A DNA stretch of 64,000 bases from Phoronis australis (lineage: Eukaryota > Animalia > Phoronida): the NCBI GenBank assembly GCA_002633005.1, contig NMRA01000297.1:338993-402992 (forward strand), written 5' to 3'. The position numbers and the translations under genes were made by a program. A model generated the notes under the pieces. That model saw only the letters and a program-made list of their open reading frames with translations. It was not told the DNA's origin and ran no database searches. Shown in pieces: positions 62,665-64,000 of the stretch (positions are counted from its first letter, which is position 1; the number at the start of each line of letters is the position of its first letter).

Positions 62665-64000
62665 TGTACGCTTTTTGTCGTCCGCTTCATACAGCCTCCA
62701 ACCCTTAATTTAAACGAATTGTTTCATTAAAAACCAAATGAATTGTTGTTATAGGCTTAAAATTGTGACGTAAATGTATTTAACACACATGACGAAATTT
62801 TAGAATACAGTGTTAGTATATTAAAGATAAAATACCTAAATTAAAACCTTTTAAGGACTGAAATAAAAGTCCCAGTTTACAGTATCATATGCTTTTTTGA
62901 AATCTAGGAATATAATGTGACCAAGAGCGAGCTATATAAAAGTCAATCATTGCGTCAATTAAACAGATATTTTGGTCGATAAATCGTTTCGACAAAAACG
63001 ATTAATCTAGATGAATCAAATTGATAACATATTCATATATTTGGTTGTGATTGTTATATTTATTAATTTATAATTACAGTTCAAAAGGGACATGGGTCTT
63101 CAATTTTCTAAAGATAGTGGTTATTCAGTTTTCACTTTTTGGAATTAGTGTGATTACGCTTTGCTTTTGAGAATTGGACATGTGGCAATTTCCAAAGACA
63201 TGTGTTTTCTTTGCCAATGAATACATTTCAAGGTTTTTTAAAATTCCTCTGCCATCATTGCCAGTCGCGTATTATTATACTTTGTATCGGAAAGAGACTC
63301 ACACAGTTCTTCAGTTAGATTTGTTTCTAGATCTCAAGAATCTGCTTAAGAAAGTTGTTCTAGTGTTGGTAAAACGATCGTTTGGAAACGTGCGTACTCC
63401 ATTGCTTTCTTCAATATTGGAGTATTTTCTCTAATAATCTGCTTGCATATTTCGTGTGCTTGCTACTGATCACCATCTTCATGGGCGTCAACATGTTTTG
63501 CTTGCTGTGACTCAACTCAAGGTTTTCAAATTATTTTCCATTAAAACTTAAAAGTTTTTCGGTCAGAATAGTTTGCATATCAAATTTGGCTTTTTGTAAA
63601 GTTTGTTTGAGTTCCACCGACAGGTTGTTTTCCTCATTCATTGTCAAAGCGTCCATTTTTTGATAAACGATTTCATCGTATTGTTTTTTTAAACCTCTTT
63701 TGCAAGATTGATTTTTTCTGATTTCCATTTCAATACGTTCCCCTACTAAATGTTTGTCGTTTAAATAACAAGTGTTAAATTTTCAATGACAAGGACGAAG
63801 TATGTATCGACCAGTAAATGCTCGTATCTCGAAATCAGCTAATTAACATATCGTCAGATAGTGCTCGCAGTTGTTCTAATTTGGCAGGTGGGGTTGTTTT
63901 TGGTGTTTTGATATGTATTTGGTGATTTTAATCACTTTAAGTAACTCAAAGGACTGTACGTGTACAATCATTTTAAGCAGATTTCAGTGCTTTTTGGAGT

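Noticed and set aside
63100-63730. Minus-strand coding-like stretch
   Set aside because: Multiple stops and no recognisable domain; cannot be supported as a gene.

Overview
AT-rich, intron- and transposon-rich eukaryotic DNA, most likely from a marine invertebrate (inference from repeat and gene content). It is not prokaryotic and has no CRISPR or rRNA. Main contents: (1) a multi-exon + strand gene (about 36.6-62.7 kb) for a Cys-less 'Pro-loop' pentameric ligand-gated ion channel whose M2 helix has Arg and Lys at pore-facing positions; (2) a complete-ended but internally deleted Polinton/Maverick (25582-34563; 6-bp TSD AATGTC, long TIRs) with a decayed protein-primed PolB, a broken packaging ATPase, an intact PC4-like ssDNA-binding ORF and a nested HERO-like non-LTR 3' fragment with a hammerhead-like 3' UTR; (3) a decayed Ngaro/DIRS-type retroelement split by a TTAA-specific Kolobok-like insertion; (4) further Kolobok-like, THAP, Helentron-like and MITE elements, minisatellites and an assembly duplication around an N; (5) an orphan intact 335-aa ORF with weak tyrosine-recombinase-like features. 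All family assignments come from motif recognition by eye, without database searches.
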